Shown here in pieces: positions 62,542-64,000 of a stretch of 64,000 nt of DNA (the first letter of the stretch is position 1; each line of letters begins with the position of its first letter). The position numbers were made by a program, and so were the translations under genes. The stretch is taken from assembly GCA_000708835.1 (NCBI GenBank), contig DF237049.1:1-64000 (forward strand), in the 5' to 3' direction. Below the pieces are notes generated by a model, which saw only the letters and a program-made list of their open reading frames with translations, had not been told where the DNA came from and did not search any database. This DNA is from Klebsormidium nitens (lineage: Eukaryota; Plantae; Klebsormidiophyceae).

Positions 62542-64000
62542 CTAGCTGTCACCCACTGCTTCTGCTTTCGCTTCTAACTTCGGGCGCTTGGCAGCTGGAG
62601 GCTCTTCGTCCCCTCCGTCGATCTCTGCGATACCCGTGCTCTCCGCTACTACACTACCAACAATCGGTGCCGGGATGCTGTTCGACGAAGATGGGCCGCC
62701 ATTAACGGCGGCCTCCCCCATGAGCGACGCGTGCTGGGGCCCAATTTTGCGGCCCGCCTTGGGCTTGGGTCCCCAGTGCTGCTCCGGATTCGGCAGGAAG
62801 CGAGGAACCCGCGTTGCCTGGGCTTTGCTCTGTGCCGCATTGCTGCGCGCAAAGTTCGCCTGCAAGGAAGCGCCGAGCTTGACCCGTCAATGAAACAGCT
62901 TGGCTGATGACGTTTCGCGCCAAACGAAGTATACACAAGTTCCGCATTCGACGAGTTGAGATGCTATGACCCGACGAATTTCAATTGCTATCTGAACCAT
63001 GATCACACAATCTGGCAAACCGTTCGCTTCAGCTCTACAGTCCCGACATTGCCGCAAAAGATCGACAAACACTTGAGGCCTGGCCCGTTGTGCACTGACC
63101 TGTATCTGGGGCTGCTGCGCCAGGATCTTTTGTCCCGGCGTCTCGTCCTTCTGCGGCTTCACCGGGTGGTCTTTCACCCAGCACCGCATGATGTCCCACA
63201 GCACTTCCATCGGCGCATCCGTTTTGATCCCGAGCGGATTGGCGTGCGACGTCGACACGCGGTACCCTGCGTTGGCCACCGCCGAGCGGAACAGGATCGC
63301 GGAAGGGGGAGTGCACTTGAGCGTTGCGCTCAGGGCGTGGAGGCTGACGTAGAGGGGGCAGTCGGGGAGTTCCTGCAATGGGGAAAGGGATCGGATGTTA
63401 GCGACGATCTGCAACGGCTTGACGTGCTTGCAGGTGTAAGAGCCACTACTTTCTGGAGGCTCGTGACTGAAGGTACCAAGCAAGGGCTATCTGACGCTTA
63501 GGGAACCGTCGCGGATCCACGTTGAGGCAGATTGCTGATCTTTTGGCAGTAGATGACAAGCTCGAAGGAGTTCCAAGCAACAAGACGCACCCCCGAGTTG
63601 TGTGAGTGCATCAATGCAGACAAGATTGACATCTTGGAGGTTTTCTGTCAGAAACTTCGTGCAGCGGCACGCGAGGCCATCTTTTTCACGCGTCGATCAA
63701 ACGGTCTAGACGCACAAGCGGACACCCAATCCACCCAGACCCTCGCACGCTGCTGCGGTGCCTCACCTCAGAGACTGCAGTGAGGATGCTGTGCACTTTG
63801 TCGTACGCCGGGTAGCGGTGCTTCATACTGCGCACGCGGCTCAGCGTGGCGGCCACCCAGGCGGGGTCGTGGATGGGCTCCGACCAAATGGGGCCGCCCA
63901 TCAAAAAGTGCTTCCCGCAGTTCTCGCACGCCTGCCCGACTGCGGGGCCGACGCCGGGAGTGTACCGCGACTGGTTGTTCTGCAGAGACGGACTGCTGAG
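62542..64000 (-). CDS. TRM1: tRNA (guanine-26-N2)-dimethyltransferase, 3' portion (continues beyond the window)
   Basis: Exons (minus) >64000-63767, 63372-63100, 62859-62542. Motifs: CENCGKHFLMGGPIWSEPIHD, VSEELPDCPLY, SAVANAGYRVSTSHANPLGIKTDAPMEVLWDIMRCW, RFLPNPEQHWGPK, and a C-terminal PAAKRPK NLS-like motif. Confidence 0.93.

Overview
This is eukaryotic, intron-rich nuclear DNA with GC-rich exons and 0.2-0.9 kb introns. The gene content (plant class I TPS, TGD4, type II metacaspase, ABF/ABI5-type bZIP, SWI3 with a ZZ finger) points to a streptophyte, probably a charophyte alga of the Klebsormidium type; that assignment is inference. By hand-splicing at GT/GC-AG sites I reconstruct ten protein-coding genes: SWI3 (+), a GNAT acetyltransferase with an uninterrupted ORF (-), a type II metacaspase (+), a coiled-coil/RRM-like/charged/WD40 protein (+), plastid transketolase (-), class I trehalose-6-phosphate synthase (+), TGD4 (-), a roughly 3,600-3,800 aa ARM-like/ankyrin/RING protein crossing a 695-N gap (+), a group A bZIP (+), and the 3' part of TRM1 (-). 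Most entries in the ORF track are antisense or frame shadows of these exons. I found no rRNA, tRNA, CRISPR array or transposase. I cannot demonstrate a complete new biological system from this sequence. The best leads are the giant ARM-ANK-RING protein, the bacterial-looking GNAT, a 6-nt micro-exon beside the predicted metacaspase auto-cleavage site, a hairpin-repeat element upstream of the bZIP, the RRM-WD40 protein, and a recurring palindromic motif downstream of genes. Exon coordinates were derived manually and need RNA-seq confirmation.
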